From NCBI GenBank assembly GCA_031835245.2, contig JAVKOQ020000111.1, positions 1-64,000 on the forward strand: a stretch of 64,000 bases of DNA. Reading direction: 5' to 3'. Numbering within the stretch: position 1 is the first letter of the stretch; each line of letters starts with the position of its first letter. Below are positions 36,691-51,415 of this stretch, piece after piece. This stretch comes from Balamuthia mandrillaris. Its lineage: Eukaryota. A program made the translations under genes and the position numbers. Below the pieces are notes generated by a model. That model did not search any database. It was not told where the DNA came from and saw only the letters and a list, made by a program, of their open reading frames with translations.

Positions 36691-38667
36691 TTGTAAGATG
36701 AGTTGATGAAAACTGTTATAAACAAGACTGCTCTCTTGTTTAGTAAGTTGTCTATTTTTTCTCGCCGAATCGGAAGACGAAGTGGTTTGGGAAGACTTGG
36801 AATGGTTGGTATTGATGTTATTGTCGTAAGTAGCGCCATCATTTGACGAGAAAAAGCCGAAACAGGTATCAACGAGATCTTTCAACCACTTCGTCCAGTA
36901 GCTAATGTTTGCTGCGGTAGAAGGTTCCTCGCAACAAAGAAGTTTCGTTATCTCAGCTACCAGTTGATGAGGCAATAGGTAGAAGGGACGGGGCAACTGC
37001 GCTTTCTTTCTTCTATTCTTCCTGCTCTTTCGTGTTGTATTTTTTGTTGTCATTTTTCCATTTCCATTTCCATTCGAACCGGTTGCAACAGAACCTACTT
37101 CCATTCGTTCTGATTGTTGTTGTTGTTGCTGTTGTTGTTGCTTATCTCCTTCCTCTTCCAACTCTTCCTCCTCCTCCTCCTCCTCCTCCATTCTCCTTGA
37201 CTCTTCCTCATTCGTCATTGATGAGTTGATATTATTGTTCATGTATTCCGTGCCTTCCTCCATTCCTTCCGAAGATGGAGAAGACGATGAAGAGGAGATT
37301 AACGATGTTCCATTAATAACAAGTGAAGCGTTTCCTGTGTGAACACCCAAAAAAAGTTAAAGAACAACAAAGAGCAAAACAGGAGGAGAAATAGAACAGC
37401 AACAATACCAATTCCGCTAGAAAAATAAGGCATTTGCATGATTAAGAACTGTACATCTAGATTTTGCCAGTCTTGGAGCATTCTCATTGTGCAGTGAGGA
37501 GCTTGTTGGACCTCTCCGTGGTGGCCACGCTGCTGCGTGCTCATTATTTCGTGTTGTAACTTGGCGCCCAAATAGCTAATCATACCCCGTTTATGCAACT
37601 TTACACAAAACAATTTGACGGCTATTTAATGTGAGTTTGTTTTCGTTTCCATTTAGTGTTTGTTTCAACCATGAAAGATAGAGAAGCAAAGAAGAAGAGA
37701 GAAATCAGCATGAAGAAAGAATACCTGCGAGTCGAGCTTCGGCCAACTCTATTGGTACTGAAAAGCTACTTGCTTTATTGAGCCATACCGGGAGTAATCG
37801 GGAAATGTCGATGATGAGAGTGGATGTGGCCGTGGTTATAAATTGAAACGGATCACGAATGAGTAAGTTCAGTAGCTCCTGAAGAGGCAGATGAGACAAG
37901 GAGAAGTGAGAAAAGTAGTTCAGAGACAAAGGATAAAACGAGCAGTAGGAAAGAACCTTGTAAACCATGTTATCAATGTCGATTATCTGACTTATGACAG
38001 ACTCATTCTGAAAGAGGGTCAAGAAGCGGTTGGCGTTGGGCCAAAAGTCAAAGATGGCGTCGTGAATGGCGTCCAGCTGCAGGTTGGCAACGGCTTCAAA
38101 GATATTTTGGTAGTGCACTTGATACATTACAGAGAAACGAACGGCCTCCTCTCTCAACTGAGACGGGATACCTGTTATGTTCAGGCTAAAATCGGGGCAA
38201 GATGTATGTACGACGGAAGAAGCAGAGGAAGAAGAGGAAGAAGGAGATGAGGAGCGAGTTGCATGACTACTGTCAAGCATGTCAGTAGTAGCAGGAGAAG
38301 GAGAAGCGGTGGCAGAAGAAGCCGATGAGGAAGGAGGAGCGAGATCGGATAAAGTCGGCGGCGGTCTATCTCGAGTAATCTTTTCTACATTATAGGCAGG
38401 TGAAGAAGAAGAAAAGTAGGCCGAGGTTGAAGAAGAAGGAGTGGAGACCGGAGAAGGCGTCCCGTGTTGTTGGTGTTGGTAGTGCCGATGTTGTTGTTGA
38501 TGTGAATGAGACCAACCATGTTGCGACGGTGGCGCTACCCCTCCTTGCTGTGCTTCTGAGTGCAGGACAAATGGGTTGGTGGTAGTGGTAGTAGTGGTAG
38601 TAGTGGCGGTAGTCGTCGTGGTTGCCGTCGTCCCGAAATGGCCGCCGTAGGCTTCGTGATGCTCCAT
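34081..38667 (-). CDS. Protein with an RFX-type B/C/dimerisation region and long disordered tails, no visible DBD; multi-exon
   Basis: FSVMYQVHYQNIFEAVANLQLDAIHDAIFDFW, DNMVYK/ELLNLLIRDPFQFI, MLQDWQNLDV, LILQW/SHFFSQLMAELILNDATTIKQFRLLFAWIEAVLCY; exons linked by GT-AG introns. Confidence 0.7.
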
Positions 38668-39169
38668 TATTTTTCCCCCTCCTCCCCTCGATCTATTTTC
38701 TTTCCCCTCCCCTCTAATCTTTTGGGAGAGAAGATTGCACCACTATTGCAAAACAAATCGGATCAAAAAAAAAAAACGTAAAAAAAAAAAAAGGTAGCAA
38801 CAATCGACGAAATACAAAAAAACAACAACAAACCTTGCAGGCACTACTACTTGAAAGAGAGAGCAAACAGGAGGCGTTGGGCCAAAACCAAAAAAAAAAA
38901 AAAAAACAACAGAGAGAGAAGACAAAGACGTGAACAGAGGAGAAGGCGAGAGAACCAACAAGCACCGAAAAAAAAAAAATTGAATCGTTTGGGAGCCCCT
39001 TCGGCTCCTTCCTCTCTCTCTCTCTCTTCTCTTCTCTCTTCTCTTTTCGTTTTTTTTTGGGTTTTTTCTGCTGCAGATTTTCCTTTTTAGGGTGTCTTCA
39101 TAAAATAATATAATGGGAGGACTGGAGCAAGGACACGAGATCACGCTTGCCAAAAACCTGGATGGACAA

Positions 39170-40200
39170 GAGATAGGGCAACACGTAACGCACGCACAAG
39201 GAGTAAGTGATCCAAGGAGTAAGTGGGCAGCATAAAGCTCCGAGCTGACAATGGTGGTGGCAGTGTTGAGGGTTTTCGCTCACCGGGGTGGCGCCAGGCG
39301 TGGCCAAGTTGTTGGACACGTTGGCCCTCATCAGCTTCTTCCGCTTCTTGCGGATAAAGTAGGCGGCTGCTGCCGCTCCGAGACCAAGCCAGCGACACCC
39401 CCTAGCACACTGCCAGCGATAACTGTTGGGTGTTTCGGGTTGGATCGTATTAGAGTTGTTCAACAACAACAAAGAAAGAAGACCATACCGCCATCAGAAG
39501 TTCCGCCACCACTATCCGCTTGTTCCACGCAGGAGCAGGTGCTTTCTTGAAACACCAATCCACTCGTACCGGCTTCCTCCTCTTCCACCGTAGGACCTCC
39601 CTCTCCATCTGCTGGCACCACAGCACAAGCCTCTGCGCTCAATCCACACATACACATGCACTCTCCATCGCCATCGACTACTAGTTCTTATCCTCCTCTT
39701 TGCAGTTTTCGTCCATCAGAAAGAGTCGGGGTGCTTCTTCCAGTCAGCGTTGCCTCCCTTCTGTTGGCGCAAATCTCATCCGTCAGAGGGCAGGAGCACT
39801 CGCACTGCTGGTTGGCAACGGCATCAGGACCCAGCGTATGGCAATCTAAGCCACCCTCGCAACCACACTCTCCATTGGTTCCTCCTCCAGGCAGCATTGT
39901 TGCCGTTGTCCTTGGCGCAGATGTCATAAGTCAAGGGGCAGAAACAGCCGCAGACTGCAGGGTCGGTTCTGCATTTGGGTGCGACACGTAGCGTCAGTTA
40001 TCAGACATTCGCACTCGCAGCGGTTCGACTTCTTGCCCCAGTTGTTCTAGCAGCCAGACGTGTTTGAGGCTCTCTGTGGCGTGTTTTTGGTGGTTTTTGC
40101 GGTTGGAGTTTTGTTCCATGTTTTTCGTTCAACGAAACGAAACTCCCCACCATCTAAGGAGAGGCTTTCCTTTATCGGGCTCAGTCACCGCAAATCCTTC
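39170..40200 (-). pseudogene. Degenerate partial duplicate of the 3' end of the adjacent Cys-rich surface protein gene
   Basis: CGLSAEACA...FQESTCSCVEQADSGGG and AAAAYFIRKKRKK...LATP...ENP parallel 40430-40930; frameshifts upstream; no N-terminal part. Confidence 0.75.
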
Positions 40201-40426
40201 GTTCCTTGTCTCTCAATGTCGTTTATCAGAGTCGAGAGAAGGGAAGAGAATGATGACGAGAAGAGAGCTAAGAAGAGACGAGAGGGGTTGAGAGAACGAC
40301 AAAGGGAAAGAAACGAAAAGGACAAAGAGAAGAGAAGCTGCTTGAATAAATTATAAAGCAAAACAAATACAACAAACTAACTCATCAAGAAAAGAGACAA
40401 AGGGAAGAGAGAATAAAGCACCTGTC

Positions 40427-43400
40427 TTACTGGGCAGCATACAGCTCGGAGCTGACAATGGTGGTGGCCGGATTGAAGATTGGATTCTCGACCACTGCGT
40501 TTGAGGCAGGGGTGGCCAAAGAGCCGGCCACCACCTTGGACCTCATGGCCTTTCTCTTCTTGCGAACAAAGTAGGAGACTGCAGCTGCGCCCAAGCCAAG
40601 CGCCGCCACACCAGCAATGCTGCCTAACACACCACCGACGATTTCTTTTGTACCAAGTTAAAAAAATGTGAGGTAAGGAAGGTGTTGGAAAGAACAGAAG
40701 CAAAAAAGGGGCAGGACAGACACGGAAAGGAAAAGGGGATACGAGACGTACCACCGTCAGTTATGCCACCGCCGCCATCCGATTGTTCAATGCAAGAGCA
40801 GGTGCTCTCTTGGAATACGAATCCACTCGTACTAACTTCCTCCCTGTCAGAGTCCACCTCCTCTTCCTCCTCATCTGACGAAGTTACACCAAGCGCTGCG
40901 CAAGCTTCAGCACTCAAACCACACTTGCAACGGCACTCCGTTTCTTTATCCACCACAAAGTTCTCCTGCACTTCCTGGCAAACTTCATCTGTAAGCAGGA
41001 AGCAGTCGCAAGTGCAACTATCCGGATTCAGGCGATACCCTTCGGCGCAGCTCTCCTCCGTCAAGGTACACTGACACTCACAAGAGTCGGGTTGTTTCTT
41101 CCAGTTGGTGTTGTCTCCCTTGCTTTCCGCGCAGAGAGCGTCAGTCAGAGGGCATTCACATTCACACTCCCGGTTGAGGACGGCATCTGGACCTATCCTC
41201 GTTTGGCACTCCGCGGTGGTGAGTTCACATCCACACTCACACTTGTCAGAGACTTTGCCAAAATCAGGACCGTATTCCGTTTGGCACCATGCATCGTCGG
41301 GGATGGGGCAGGTGCACGAACACGAAGAGCTGCTGAAGATAGACTCGCTGCCAAAGCGCTCGTGGCAGAATGCCTCGTTTATAGAACACTCGCAGCCGCA
41401 GTTGCCGTTGGCTTTCTTCTTCCAATATGCGTTGTTGCCGTTGTCCTGAGCGCACTTGGCATCCGTCAAGGGGCACTCGCACTTGCAGGTGTTACTGTTG
41501 GCTTTAGCATACCCCCCACCGAGTCGTGTAACGCAGTCCGCATCCCTAAGCTTGCACTCGCAGGCACAAGCGCCTGATGCTGAAACCGGACCCATGTCAT
41601 TGTTGCTGTAGGTGGATTGGCACCATCCGCTTGTGAGAGGACATTTACAGGAGCAAGAAGCGGCGTCGAAGGTTGCTTCTGCTGTGTTGGCACTACCCTT
41701 ACAGATTGATTCAGTCAAAGTACATTGACAGCCACAGTCCCCATTGGTCTTCTTCTTCCACCATGTGTTGCCGCTTTTGTCCTCCGCGCACTTTGCATCC
41801 GTTAACGGGCAGTAACAGTTGCAGACTTCGGGCTTAGTGTCGGCCTTGGCATAAGGTCCTTTCAATTGAGTCTGACATTTCGCATCGTTGATCTTGCACT
41901 CGCAGGCACAGCTTGTATCGCTCTTGCCCCAGTTCGTGGTAAACTTATCCTTGCACCATTGACCTGAGGTGATGGGACAATCACAGCTACAGGAACCATC
42001 CGCCTTGAACATGGACTCCACTCCGTTGAGGTTACGACAATGCTGGTCCGTGAGGGTGCATCTACAGTCACAGCTGCCAGGGGTCTTCTCGTACCAAGGG
42101 CTCAGCTTCTGATTTACGCAGTCTTGGTTGGAACCTATCGGGCAGGAGCAGGAGCAACTGGTTGGGTTGAACACGGCGTTCGGTCCCAGTTGGCTTTGGC
42201 ACTGAGCGGTGGAGAGGCCGCACTCGCAGCCGCAGGAGCCGTCCTTCTTCTTGATGAAGTTGGGGTTGTTCCCGTTTTGTGTGGCACATGCTTGGTTATT
42301 ACTGAGTGGGCAGTAGCAGGAGCAGTCGTTCTTTTTGTTCAAAAAAACAATAAGTTTCTTCTTCGGTTTTCTCAAAGTGACAAACAGCCGAGCGAGGAAG
42401 AATTAAATGAACCAGCATGAGAGGCTCAAACAAAGAGAGGAAAAGTACCTGATTGAAATTAGGCAGGGCAGCAGTGCAGGAGGAGGCGTCCAATATACAT
42501 TGACAGAGGCAACTTCCACTGTTGACGACAGGCCGCTTACCCGATGGACACGTCACTCCCAAGCAAGGATCCCTCGGACCAGGACACTCTGGCGGGCTTA
42601 AGTGTATGTTGCCAGCCTGCAAGTGTACCGACTCGTCTGTTGTACAAAAGTTGTCGGTAAAAAAGTTTCTCTCTCGTGAGGGGCTGGTCCTCCACAAGTT
42701 CCTGTTGTACAGAGCGTCTATGCAACCAGAGAAGATGGTGATCCTGTTGTTGGAAGCAGCACCCGCGTTGCTGCATCCACTCGTTCCCAACTCGCACTTG
42801 TCCTTCAACAGGAGGAAGGTGCCGATGACCACAGGGTTCTTAGGACTGCAACATTTGCCATGGGAAGATTGATCCTTGCAGCCCCATTGTGAGACCAACG
42901 TCTCTCCCACCCACATGGCCTCTCGGCCGGAGCAGTCGTTGTCCGTGCTGCACATTCTGTTGTTGTTGCCGACGTAGTTGTCTGCATCCCTCACCATCAA
43001 CGCTTTGTTGCCGTTGAGGTTGTAGTCCGTGGCTTTGAGGTTGTAGTTGTACTTGAGAGGGAAGCCGTACGTTCCTTTGGTACATTCGTTCTGGACGGTG
43101 ACGAACATGGTCTCGTCTCGTTGGTCTGTGCAGCTCTCTGAGTTGAAGTGGTCCTCGATTTGGTACCATCCTGTCTGCTTCACTCCTGTTATCAACCTGC
43201 GTGACCAAAAGAATAATATGTACTTTACGATAAAGCAAAAACAAAAGGCAACCACCAGAAAGTGTTATATAACATAAACAAAATAACAAAAACATACGCT
43301 GTGCTGGGTTCCCCAGCCCTCCATGTTTCAAACTCTTTGCCCTGATAGGGTGTATAACTACCCGAGGTCCTATGAATTTTGAGTTGTGCATTGGTTATAA

Positions 43401-43634
43401 CCGGTGCTCCACAAGCAACCTTATTATAGTTTTGGAAAGATTGAGAGGTCAAAAACTTGTTTATACGGCCGTATAAAAGGAGCGGAGGGTTACCGCACAC
43501 TGGCCGGTGGTGTAAACTATTTCAGAGGGCTCTCGAGCCGCAGGCTCAGAGCCGATGGTTGCGGTAGTCGTCCAAAACAAACGCAACACCAACAAACTCA
43601 GGAGCAGGAGGGGCGGTCTTTGTGAGGATTTCAT
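40427..43634 (-). CDS. Large Cys-rich type I surface protein with tandem CxCxC repeats, TM helix and NPxF tail
   Basis: Signal-like N-terminus from ATG 43634; about 20 repeats such as CSCSCPI, CGCECGL, CDCRCTL; TM VVGGVLGSIAGVAALGLGAAAVSYFV-RKKRK; ENPIFNP. Confidence 0.85.
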
Positions 43635-43967
43635 AGCAGGACTTTGGTATGTTTAGCAAATACAGTTGAAAAAACAAAATAGAAAGTTCTGCTGACCTTT
43701 TTCAGGTTTCGCATCCTTATTGCCGCTGGTGAAACGACGCTTGGCCGAATTACCTCGTAAGGAGACCAAGTTTTCTCATAAACCTATTAGAATGCAATAT
43801 TGGCAGAGCATAATACGCTAACAATGACCTCGATTTCTTGCTTATACACTCAACCTGTTATTTAACAAAAACATATTAGGCTATCTTGACTGTAACGACA
43901 ACCTATTAGGAAAATCTCCGGTTAGTATCCAAACAAAAAAAAGAACGAAAGAAAAAGAAAGAAAGTA

Positions 43968-44606
43968 ATGGATAAAAGGGTGCAACAGTTTCACACCGAT
44001 GCGCTCAAAGGAAAGCACGCCAAGACACCAAAGGAAATAGCCACGCTGCGACGGTTTCTCTTCAAGAACCAAAACCACCGCTTTGGCGAGAACGAGAAGA
44101 CTCGTCTATTCAGCGCCGTTCAAACCTATTACAGCATGTATCAGTCCTCTTCTGCTCCTTCTGCGGCGGCAAAGAAAGAAGACAGCGGGGGTGAGAATCC
44201 TGTTGTAGGACTGTTGGAGGACGCACTGAAGATGCCCTTCACCGTGTTTAGCACCAAACACAAAAAGACCATGCTCAAATGGTACACCGAACTAACGGGA
44301 AAGCAATTGAGCATCGAGGATGATGAAGGAGAGTCAGTCCTCTCTTCTTCCTCTGCCGCTTCTTTCACAGAGGTAAAGTGGTACCTGTTGTTGAACATCG
44401 ACGAAGCTGCGGAGGACTTGCTGACGTTGATGGATGAGGAAGACGAAAGCGTGGTGCGGGAGAACCTGCGGTTGAGCTGTTGTGTTGACCAAGCAATGGG
44501 GGAGCGCATCCGAAGCGCCTTTCAGGAAGGCAAAGAAGTGGTTGTGTCCATCGGTCGAACAGCTTCTTCTGCAGACCGTCTTTTTGACTTTCGAATAGCT
44601 AAATAA
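43968..44606 (+). CDS. Intronless protein: uncharacterised helical N-terminal domain plus eIF5A C-terminal OB-fold-like domain
   Basis: YLLLNIDE..LLTLMDEEDESVVRENLRL...GERIRSAFQEGKEVVVSI resembles the eIF5A C-domain; no hypusine KTGKHG motif. Confidence 0.65.
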   Translation: MDKRVQQFHTDALKGKHAKTPKEIATLRRFLFKNQNHRFGENEKTRLFSAVQTYYSMYQSSSAPSAAAKKEDSGGENPVVGLLEDALKMPFTVFSTKHKKTMLKWYTELTGKQLSIEDDEGESVLSSSSAASFTEVKWYLLLNIDEAAEDLLTLMDEEDESVVRENLRLSCCVDQAMGERIRSAFQEGKEVVVSIGRTASSADRLFDFRIAK

Positions 44607-44687
44607 AAGTGATAACAGTAAAGAACGGAGGAGAAAGGAAAAAAAAAAGAATTGCAAGTAAAGAACCTTTAGTAGTGTTTTGCTTTG

Positions 44688-46081
<1,394 letters not shown>

Positions 46082-46565
46082 CTTCTCGTTTAAGAAGAGA
46101 TTCAAACAGTGTACACTTTTTTTTTTGTTAACCATTTTCCTTTCGACATGGATTTTTCCTAGAAAAAATTTTCCCCCCAAAAAAATGAAAATGTTCAAAG
46201 GACAGGAGCAAGGACAGGAGACAAGTGCAAAGACAGGAGAGCTCCGCATAAACCTCTGTCGCGTTTCTTATTGGTGACTGACTCACGCACGAGCCAACCG
46301 CCACGAGGTAGGAAATTGCAAGACAACAGGAATGAGGAGAAGTCGAAGTGACGCAACTTCATGCTTTATAAGCATTTTTTACTCTTTTTTTTTTTTGTTA
46401 ACACATTTCCAAACCAAACAAAACAACCGTTCTGCTTTTCTCTGCCCATAAAGCTGCGGATTACCTGCGACGCAGCTTTTCAAACATAACTCTGCCCCAA
46501 CAAAACCGAACTTCTGCACCTTCGCTCCTCTGTCCCGTTACTTCCCTGACAGCGACCCAACAACA

Positions 46566-47419
46566 ATGTCTGGCAAAAACCCTTTTGAGAAAATCGTAAA
46601 GATTGTGCTCATTCTCTCCATGGTACTTCACAACCTTCTTTTTCTCGGTGGTTACTGTTATTTTTTTCTTACATTCTTTTTCGGTGGTGGTTTTAGGTAT
46701 TCAACGTGATCGCCTTTTGTGGGTTGATAGTCTTTGCTGTTCTGGAGAAAGAGGCGTACCACGTCTATGGGAGCATGATGGTAGCTTGCTTCATTGGCGG
46801 CTTGTTGCAAGCCTTCTATTTCTACGCAGCCTCTTCTAGCTCTTTGTCAAAGCAAACTTGGGTCCGTGCATGCCCTCTTCTCTGTTTCTTCATGACATAC
46901 TAACATAATGCCCGATGTTAATTGTTTTTTTTTTTTTCTCAACAGGCGCTGGGTCTGATGATTACCACTATGGTCCTGTCTGTGGTTGGAGCAATCGTTT
47001 ACCTACTTTTCATGCTGGTCATAATGGACTTTATTGATAGCATAACGGATCATGAGAACCTCTTTGTGCGAATCCTGCTATCTGTGACGATGCCTCTTTG
47101 GGGAGTTGCCGTAGTGGTGCAGGTACAGTTAACCAGTCCCTCAGTACTATACCTTTCAAAAAAAAACCCGCATTCTCATTCTGTTGTGGTTCAAACAATC
47201 AGGTTGTGTTGTTGGTTCTTTGGGTGAAGCTGAGGCATTGCACCGCTGAAGGTGGATTCCAAGATGTCGAAGGTGGATCGTTGCAATGAGCGAGAAAAGA
47301 CTGCGACCGGTTTGTGTAAATATCTCTCTTTCCAACAAAATAAATCAAGTCGCAGTTCGAACGCAAAGCGCACCTGCATTTGCCATAAAGGAAATACTTC
47401 CTGAAGTAGAAGGGAATCG
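46566..47419 (+). CDS. Multi-pass membrane protein, apparently truncated at the transposon's left end
   Basis: ATG 46566; hydrophobic exons (VIAFCGLIVFAVL, ALGLMITTMVLSVVGAIVYLLF, ILLSVTMPLWGVAVVVQ) joined by GT-AG introns. Confidence 0.55.
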
Positions 47420-50400
47420 GGTAAACGTCCCACCCCACAACGCTAAAAGTCCCACCCCTTCGGTAAACGTCCCACCCCTCAGGTAATTTACCCACCCTAA
47501 TATGTATTTATAACAACCTATTATTTTTGTGCTATTTTGCCACCAAAGCGTGCGCTGGCCATTATTTTAGAGAGTGGAGAAAAGGGATCAGAAAAATCAA
47601 AAATTTATTTTTTAGGGGGCTTTTTTTTTCGTTTTGTTCTTTTGGCCAGTCTTTTCTTTGTCACGCTGGGCACCTTTTCTTCGTTCTGTTCTTTTTTTTG
47701 AGGAGAGAGGAGCTTCACGACCTGTGTTTTCTGGTACCGTGGGTTGGGCTTCAGTTGTCGTTTTGGAGAGAGAGGCTTCCTTTTGTCCACTCGGGGATCC
47801 TGGTAGTTCACCACGGGTGCGACGCCATAGATCTCTTCCGTTTTACAGTTCTTTTGCCATTGAGAGGTACGCTTTGCTTTGCACTCTTCAAAAATGACAA
47901 AAATCAACTTCAGAAAAAGAATCTGCTTGATACAAAAAGTGACAAACATACCACTTTGCGTTTTTGTTTTTTGATTTTGTTGTTTTTTTGGTGCAGCCGC
48001 CGCCACCGCCGCTGCCTTTTCTTTGTTGTTTCAGGTTTTGTTAAATTTGATTGAAAGGTACGTTCGGTTTCTGGTGTTTGTGTGAGGTGTTAGCTAAAAG
48101 TAGGAAAGGAGGGAGAGATTTTGTTTAAAAAAAAGAGATACTAACTTAATTCAAGCAATCATTCTTCTGTGAGTCGCAGGTTGGTTGCTACTTTCGGCCT
48201 CTTTGTTGTATTGCGCGGCCTCCCAGGTGATGACTTCCCTGTAGCATATGCGATTGCTTGTTCTGCTTCTTCCTTGCTAGAGTACTCGATTTTTGGCTCC
48301 ACTGGATGTTGATGCTTTGTTCCTTGATTTTTGTTTGCATTCAGTTTGTCTTTCTCCTTTTCCTTCTCCTCCTCCTCCTTCTCCTCCTTCTCCTCCTTCT
48401 CTTCTTTCTTATTGTTGTGTTCTTCTCCTTCAGAAGTTTCTTCCTCAAGATCTCCGCCGTCGTCCTCACCAAGTTCATCCATCGATGGCTCCTCCAACAG
48501 TAGCAGCGCCTGCTGTTCCTCGTCCTGTTCATCTCCCTCCTCTCCTTCCACATCTTCATCATCAAGGGTAACAGGCGCTACACGTTGCTCCAGGGAGTCA
48601 GTATCATCTGCTTCAACGATGTCATCTTCAACTATTCTTGCCACTTGTGAGGTGCTGCTGTTGGTGCGTCTTGTTTGTCTTTTCAGCCCAAGCTCTAAAA
48701 GGTTCTGATCTGAAAATGTTTTCTGTAGATGAGCAGCAAGTCCAAAAACGTGTTTGCACCTCCTACCATAATACCGAAAGTAAGGACAGGGGCATGAAGG
48801 CAATTCTATAGTCACGTCGTACTCATTCCATTTGAAAACGCCGTCAGCAAGCTCTACAAAATGTGCGTTCAATCCTTCTTCTACCTCTTTTTCCTCTCTG
48901 TCGTTGTTGTTGTCATCGTTTTTGCTGCCATTCTCTATTTCTTCTTTTTCTTTCTGTTTCTCACTCTGTTGGTGCTGTGCCAGCCGCAATCCCTCTTGAT
49001 ATCTCCTCCAAAGCCGGCAAACACCAAGGCTTGGGCGTTGCTGTAGTACATCGATGCGGTTGAGCTCCACATTGTAGCGGCGAAACACATTGTCTGCTAG
49101 CGTTAAGACCAAGTTGTGATCCCCTTTGGTGCCTTTGCAGTGGAAATCACGAAGAATGCTACGAAAGATCGTCTCTGTTGCATTGTTGGTATTCCACAAG
49201 CCCTCTCGGTACCCAGGACGATCAATGCTTTTCCACGTTGATGCCCATGGAGGAGAAAGCCAGTTCTTGTCAAAGTACTGCCAAAAACGGGTAATCCTCT
49301 TTTTTTGGCAATAGTTCTTCAACACTTTTGTTGCTTCTTCCTCTGCATCTTCTGTCATGGCATGTTGCAGTCTTTTTAACAAACCCAATACACATCCATC
49401 ATCCTTCCCTTGTTGTTTGGTATTATTGTTAGTTTCTACTTGTATGAGCAACAACGAGAGGGAGAGAGCAGATGCATGAAAGAGAGAGAACAAACCATAC
49501 TGCGCAACTTTTTTTCTCCACAGTTGTTGTGCATGAAAGTCACACAACACCACCTGAAAGCCAGCACTTGTCGCCCCGTTACGCTCCACCTTGTCTTTGT
49601 CGATCATTACGAAGGGTTGCCACGTAGGTTTTGGGGAGTAGATCGTTGTCGTCTGTGTCTCAAAAAAGTGACGAACAGACGAAAGGAAAAAGCGCACAAC
49701 TGCTGCTCGTTCCTTGCTAGCAACAGCGAAGGCAACAGGCCAGCTCCGTCCCAAGTCATCTTGCACCACCAGTGCCCAAACGGGGGGATGTGACTTGGAT
49801 AGCTTGTAGATGCTGTCCAGGCCGACTACATCCTTACCCCATCGCTGAAGCACAGTGACTGCATAAGGCGCGATCAGAAAAATCATCCATGGCCGACGGG
49901 CCGCCGTGCGATCAAGGATGTACGTTTCACGGCTCTCCAAAGGTGGGAAAAGGATAGTAGAAGCCAGTTCTGGCCGATTCAAGGCCTCTTGGAGGGCTTC
50001 TGCTCTGGTTTGCCCTTTCTTGCCGATTCGCAGTTTTTTCCTTCCGTTGTGGATTACAGTGGCAATCTCCTGCACAGTGGGTACATCCCGAGCATCCTTG
50101 ACCAGCTCACAAGCGCCCCCCAGCAACATTCGTTGCAGCTCGTGCGCCGTCATTGCTCCTCCTCACCCATTCATTCCGTCTTCTTTTGTTCCTTGCCCAT
50201 CCATCTGGCGGAGCCACTGCCGAAGCGCAGGTGTCATAGGCAAAGCGGAAGGCGCGCAAAACCCAGGTCCGTGGCTTTGGGCTTCCTTCTGGATGTAGAT
50301 GTAGGCAGTGTTTAGCTCATCTCTAAACACCACCCAACGGCTTTGTACTTCACAGTCCTTTAGTTTTTTGTTCTTCTTTCCTCTTGCAGGAGGAGCACAG

Positions 50401-51112
50401 GCAAAGCCGCCAGAGCAGTGAAGATTCTCGCTGAGTGCAACCTCAAGGACCCCATTCTTCACCTTCTTGACTTTAGGCGCCACCAACACTTTCACTCCTT
50501 CAAGGGTGGTCCGCGGATTACTAAGCCCCTTCACTCCTGTTCGCTTTGTAAGCCCACGAGTTGATCTCCATTGGACTCGATAAAAGGTCGGAGCATCCTC
50601 TCCACCATTGTACAACCGTGAAAGCTGCTGCAATGGAACCTTTCGTTCAAAAATCCACCCGTAAATCTCGGCAAATCTTTTTTTCTTCGCTTCCATAATG
50701 AGAAAAAAAAAAGGAAAAAACAAAAAGCCAAACAAACAAAAAAGGTGTGTGATGGTTGTGTGTAGCTGTTTCTAGTTGAAAGAAAAAAGTTAAAGAAGAA
50801 GACCTTGTTACAACCCAAGAAAAAGTAACGGTAACGTTATTGAAAAAAAAAGGCGGGAACAAAAAGAAAAGTATGGCGGGCAAGAATGGTGAGAGGAATA
50901 ACCGTTGACCAAGGATACAGCATGCTTTCAATTCCTGACAGTTTCTTTTACAACGGTTATTCCTCTCGCCAAGCAAAGAGAAACACAGTAGCAATGTAAC
51001 GATAGAGTTACTCATAATTCATGTCACCCTAATAGGTTGGGACTTTTACCTGAGGGGTGGAATTTTTATCGGTGGGGTGGGAAGTTTATGGTCGTGGGGT
51101 GGGATATCTACC
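47420..51112. mobile_element. Mutator-like (MULE) DNA transposon with ~85-bp imperfect TIRs
   Basis: Left GGTAAACGTCCCACCCCAC...CCACCCCTCAGGTAA matches the reverse complement of right TTACCTGAGGGGTGG...GTGGGGTGGGATATCTACC; encloses a MULE transposase. Confidence 0.85.
48159..50696 (-). pseudogene. MULE DDE transposase with SWIM zinc finger; in-frame TGA at 50165-50163
   Basis: GLDSIYK (D), FVMIDKD (D), LCDFH (CxxH), NTNNATE (E), SWIM CPCPYFRYYGRRCKH; ORFs 50735-50163 and 50153-48159 share one frame. Confidence 0.85.
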
Positions 51113-51356
51113 ATTTTTGGCAAGATTATTTGACGTGGATCATCCCGGTGGCCGCCTCCCTCATTTTTGTGGTGCTCGTCTTGGTGCTCGTGGCACTCTT
51201 GTTTTGGGGTTACCGCAAGCGCAAACAGCAAAAGGCTCGCTCTGTCGCACTGCGGCGAAAACTCACCGCCATCAACTCTGACCTTCACTAAAAACAAAAA
51301 ATATCTGTATAAAAACGCTCTTTTTCGTTTAGTTGCTGTGTCTGCTCTGTTTCTCT

Positions 51357-51415
<59 letters not shown>

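Noticed and set aside
47420..47500. Repeated TCCCACCCC units as a CRISPR-like or telomeric array
   Set aside because: Only three short units, mirrored at ~51030-51112; better explained as TIR subrepeats
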